Shown piece by piece: positions 60,140 through 64,000 of a DNA stretch of 64,000 nt. The stretch's first letter is position 1. Every line of letters begins with the position of its first letter. The stretch is from Selaginella moellendorffii. Its lineage: Eukaryota > Plantae > Lycopodiophyta. The position numbers and the translations under genes were made by a program. Where the stretch lies: contig NW_003314279.1 in the NCBI RefSeq assembly GCF_000143415.4, positions 1,478,457-1,542,456 on the forward strand, given 5' to 3'. Below the pieces are notes generated by a model. That model worked only from the letters and a program-made list of their open reading frames with translations, had not been told where the DNA came from and did not search any database.

Positions 60140-63100
60140 TAGTGGGATTTTGGTAGCCGTCAGATTAGTTTCAATCTAGACCACTCACTCTTATGAGTTT
60201 CTAGGCTAATTGATATGTTGTATATATTCCATGCACTCACATTGGTGGAGGTGAGAGGCACCTTTAATTGTTCATGAGGAATGTTTAGATTTAGGATTTT
60301 GGTTTAAATCTAACTTTTGCATTGTTTAGATTTCCTTTTCCTTCTAACTTTTTTCATTTCTTTTCTTTTACTATTTCTTTTTCATTCCTTTTTATGGCAA
60401 AGCAATAATCTCCTCCTCTTTTGACTCTAGAGTAACAGTTGGTGCAATTGCTTGATGCTATACAATTGAAATTGCACAACTAAACTCAGTTAATGGTGGT
60501 ATTTATAACAAGTGGTACAGCTCCTCCTCCTCTTGGTGTCGATCCTTGCATTCAGCTGGAGTTCTTTTGTGGGAAGAACACATATCATTCTTGGGATGAT
60601 GTTTGATGTTTACATGAGTTTCCCACGTGTTTTCAAGAGATGGCACTATAGTAGTACAATGGTTTAAGTGCAGCCACTTATAAGGATTAAAATATTCTCC
60701 CAAATGTCTTCAAACGCATATTCGGACATGTTGACGATTGTGATGATGACTTCTAACAATTGCATCATCTTTGTCAAAGGCCATCTAAGTTAGTGATTTG
60801 GTGTTTATTTCTGAAGTCTCTTATTTTGTGCAGTGCCAAATATATAAAAATGAATCAAACCGGGAATGTTGTAGCTAGCACTTTGTCAAGATATTGTAAA
60901 ATTTGTGTATGCATGTGCTCCAGCCACCCTTGACAATGCCCTTCGCTTGGCACAACATTATGAGACGTCACTTCTTCCACTTCTCATTACACATTCTTCA
61001 GCTCCACTTCCTGTAGGAGATGGTCATATTTCAATGGAGGTTGATGCAACCCACGACCTGCATCTGTAGCTCATAGCAATCCCAAAGGTAAACCCAACTT
61101 CATTGGTAATATTGGATTATGACTATATAAAAGTTTATATGGTAAAACACCAATAATTACGTCTTAGTTAGGGATACGCCACACTTTCACGAGTGCTTAT
61201 CATTCACAATTAGACAGTTTGGTGAAACAACTTGTTTGGACATTCATAAGGATGATCATGAAGTACGTGAACTTTTAGCATTTGGATTGGGATAGTTATT
61301 TTATATCTCTTTGATATGCATATGTCACAAAAGTGTAGAATTAAAATGAAATGCTTTAGCCATAAATGTAAGATCATTATCTAAAAGAATCTGCTCTAGA
61401 CAAGAATGCTAGAATACCACTCGATTGAGGAGGAAGTATCCAACAACAGTTGCAGAGGCACTAGCAAGAGTATCAACTTCCACCTAATGAGTCAAGTAGT
61501 TAGAAGTAATAATAACATACTCATTGCCAGCAGTCAATCATGGAAAAGTTTCCATAAGATTAAACCCCACCAACTCAAACAAACGAGAAATTACAATTGA
61601 CTCCAACTATCCTTCCATAGCATGATGGGGAGTATTATGAGCTTGGCTTACAAAATGAGGTTCACATACCTAAGGACTCCACAACATTCGAATAACACCC
61701 TTTTTCAACATCTCTTTAACATTTGCATATAAAATCTTAATCTCTTTGAGTGACCGACAACGAATAGAAACCTTGATTGGATGAGCATCCTTGGTTGAAA
61801 TTGGATAATATGTGGCAATCTTAACTCTAAACGATAGGTCAAATTCAAAGAGATCGGCATACTTCTTCATGAGCCGATCAACCACTACATCATAAAGACC
61901 ATTGGAGGGATCATAAAAGGAAAGAGTGGAACAAAATGGAAATATACGAGGAAGTAATGGGGAGATAAAAGTAATGGAAGCAAAAGTACAAACAAAGCAA
62001 TGAAAAGGTATGAAAGTAAGAGGAATAAATGAAATATAAAGAAGTATGACACAAGGGGGAGAAGCCTCAAAGTCACACTTGGCATAATTGCACTACAACT
62101 AATCCATATTAAGCATGAGGTCAAAAGCTTAAGTCGGCACCACTTATAATAACTACAACCCAAGATTAAGATTGCCCACATGCATAACTATATTTGCCTC
62201 ATCCTATGCACATGTATGTGTATGGCTATTGCCATAAAGAATGAAAACTAGCTCCACCGCACAACACAAATGTAAACGGTAACGTGTGGCAATAGGTCGA
62301 GCAATAGAAGATAAACTCAAACTTGTATCAACCAACACAGAGAAAATAATAAAAGACCTCTTGTTTAAACATTGGATAAACTAGTGTCAAGTGAACCCCT
62401 TGATTATACTCCCGAAAGGTCACTGATTTATTCGCATAAGGTCCTTCTATTACTTGTGCAACTCCTCATTTTCCATATGCATCTTGGTGTCCAGACCTTT
62501 CACTGGAGCACCACCAAAAGGACATTGTTGATGCCAAAGTCTCCACCCAAGAAATGGACGTTGCTAATCCGGAAAACATTGACAATGCCGATAAATGTGA
62601 CCAACTTCATCACACATCCAGGAGCGAACATTATAGCCACGACCATGTCCTCACTCTTATTCTTGAACTCGAGCAGCAACAGCGTCAACCTCCATTAGAA
62701 TAGGACTATCTCCCATAGGAAGTGGAGCTGAAAGACGTGCAACGAGAAGTGGAAAAAGCAACATCTCATAACATTGTGCCTAGTGAAGAGCATCATCAAG
62801 GGTGGTTGGAGCAAGTGCATGCACAAGTCTTACAAGATCTTAACGAAGTGCTATTTATAACATTCCCAGCTTGATCCATTTTGATATATTTAGCACCGCA
62901 CAAAGCAAGAGGCTTCAGAAACAAATACCAAATTGTATCACCAACTTAAATGGCCTTTTATGAAAATGATGCAATTGTTGGAAGGCATCATCATAATCAT
63001 CTGTATGTCCGAATATGCATTTAAAGATGTTCGGGAGAACATTCCAATCCTAACAAGTGGCTGCACTCAACCATTGTACCACTTCAGTGTCGTCCTTTGG

Positions 63101-64000
63101 AGATATGTGAGAAACTCACGTAAACTTCGAGCATCATCCCAAGAATGATATGTGGTAATCATTATGAAGTGATCGAACTAATAGTACACATCATCTCTAA
63201 GATTCCCATAAAATAACTCTAATCAAATACGGGGATTGGCACCAAGAGCAGGAGAAGCTATACCACATGCCAGCAGTTGATGCAATTGCTCGATGCTATG
63301 CAATTGCAATTGCAATTGCACAACCAAACTCAATTAATGGCAGTATTTATAGAGTCAAAGAAGGAGGAGACTATTGCTTTGCCATGAAGAGGAATGAAAA
63401 GGAAAGAGCAAAAGAAAAGAAATGAAAAAAGTTAAAAGGAAAGGAGATCTAAACAATGCAAAAACTAAATTTATACCAAAATCCCAAATCCAAACCCTCA
63501 ATGACAATCAAGGGTGCCCCTCACTTCCATTAATATGAGTGCATGGAATAGAAAGGGTATACAAAAAATGCATATCAATTAGCCTAAAGAGCTTAGTTTA
63601 TATATAAAAGCGAGTGGTCATACCCACTATATTTCTCATGAAGGTTTGTAAGTTGATTTTGGTAAACTTGTGACTATTCTCAAGTTCCCTACTCCAAAGT
63701 ATATAAATGGTATGCAACACTTTTTAGGCAAGGTGTAATATTTTGGCTGTTTCATTGATCATCTTTTTGATTATACTATATCACTATGAGTATCATTGAA
63801 GTTGTCAATGTCATCTTTTATTTGATTTATGGTATGAGTGGGCATTTATAAGAAACCACAAACAAATGGTTTGGTAGAATGGCTCATTCAAACCTTCAAA
63901 AAGGATGATCACGAAATGAACTTTTAGAATTCAAATTGAGAGAGTTATTTGCCATCTCTTTAGTATGCATATGTCATAAAGGTATAGAGTTATGTTGGTG
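60140..64000. mobile_element. Degenerate Ty3/gypsy retrotransposon fragments in both orientations
   Basis: Minus strand: MEVDA and a Zn-knuckle remnant (MCDEVGHIYRHC) near 62600, and pre-RT KEMLKKGVIR..SP near 61700. Plus strand: gag PATLDNALRLA...MEVDA near 60920-61050, and integrase remnants SAYHSQLDSLV near 61200 and PQTNGLVE near 63860. Confidence 0.8.

Noticed and set aside
60140-63630. DIRS/Ngaro-type element suggested by mixed inverted and direct repeats
   Set aside because: No tyrosine-recombinase motif seen; the DDE-integrase and gag remnants point to rearranged gypsy copies.
1-64000. CRISPR arrays, rRNA, tRNA or conserved miRNA genes
   Set aside because: None recognised by eye; tRNAscan-SE and Rfam searches would be needed to exclude small RNA genes.

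Overview
Gene-dense land-plant nuclear DNA with very short introns (about 50-70 nt) and intergenic gaps often under 200 bp. These traits, the short-repeat PPR genes and a flagellar-type gene suggest the lycophyte Selaginella; this is inferred, not searched. I reconstructed about 25 protein-coding genes by hand: DUF707, a secreted thioredoxin-like protein, a RecQ-tail (HTH_40 + winged helix) protein, a Lys-rich LRR protein, a DSP12/YVH1-like phosphatase, RPL17, three PLS-class PPRs, a TMO5-like bHLH, LIN37, PTF2, an F-box protein, a calmodulin-like protein, a UBE2W-type E2, glutamine synthetase, J20, a PTPMT1-like phosphatase, MSD1, a DnaJ-like Zn finger, an FAD-Rieske fusion, an At5g03900-like protein, an SDR, an ANT-like AP2 factor and a membrane protein. 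Decayed repeat DNA lies at about 8-13 kb, 32.5-34.8 kb and 60-64 kb. The strongest leads only appear after splicing: (1) a helicase-less RecQ/WRN C-terminal module behind an organelle-type presequence; (2) a bacterial YhfW-like FAD-Rieske enzyme with an upstream targeting-peptide exon; (3) a LIN37 promoter carrying E2F, CHR and MSA sites; (4) a glutamine synthetase with an optional in-frame N-terminal extension. All family calls come from motif recognition, with no database search run.
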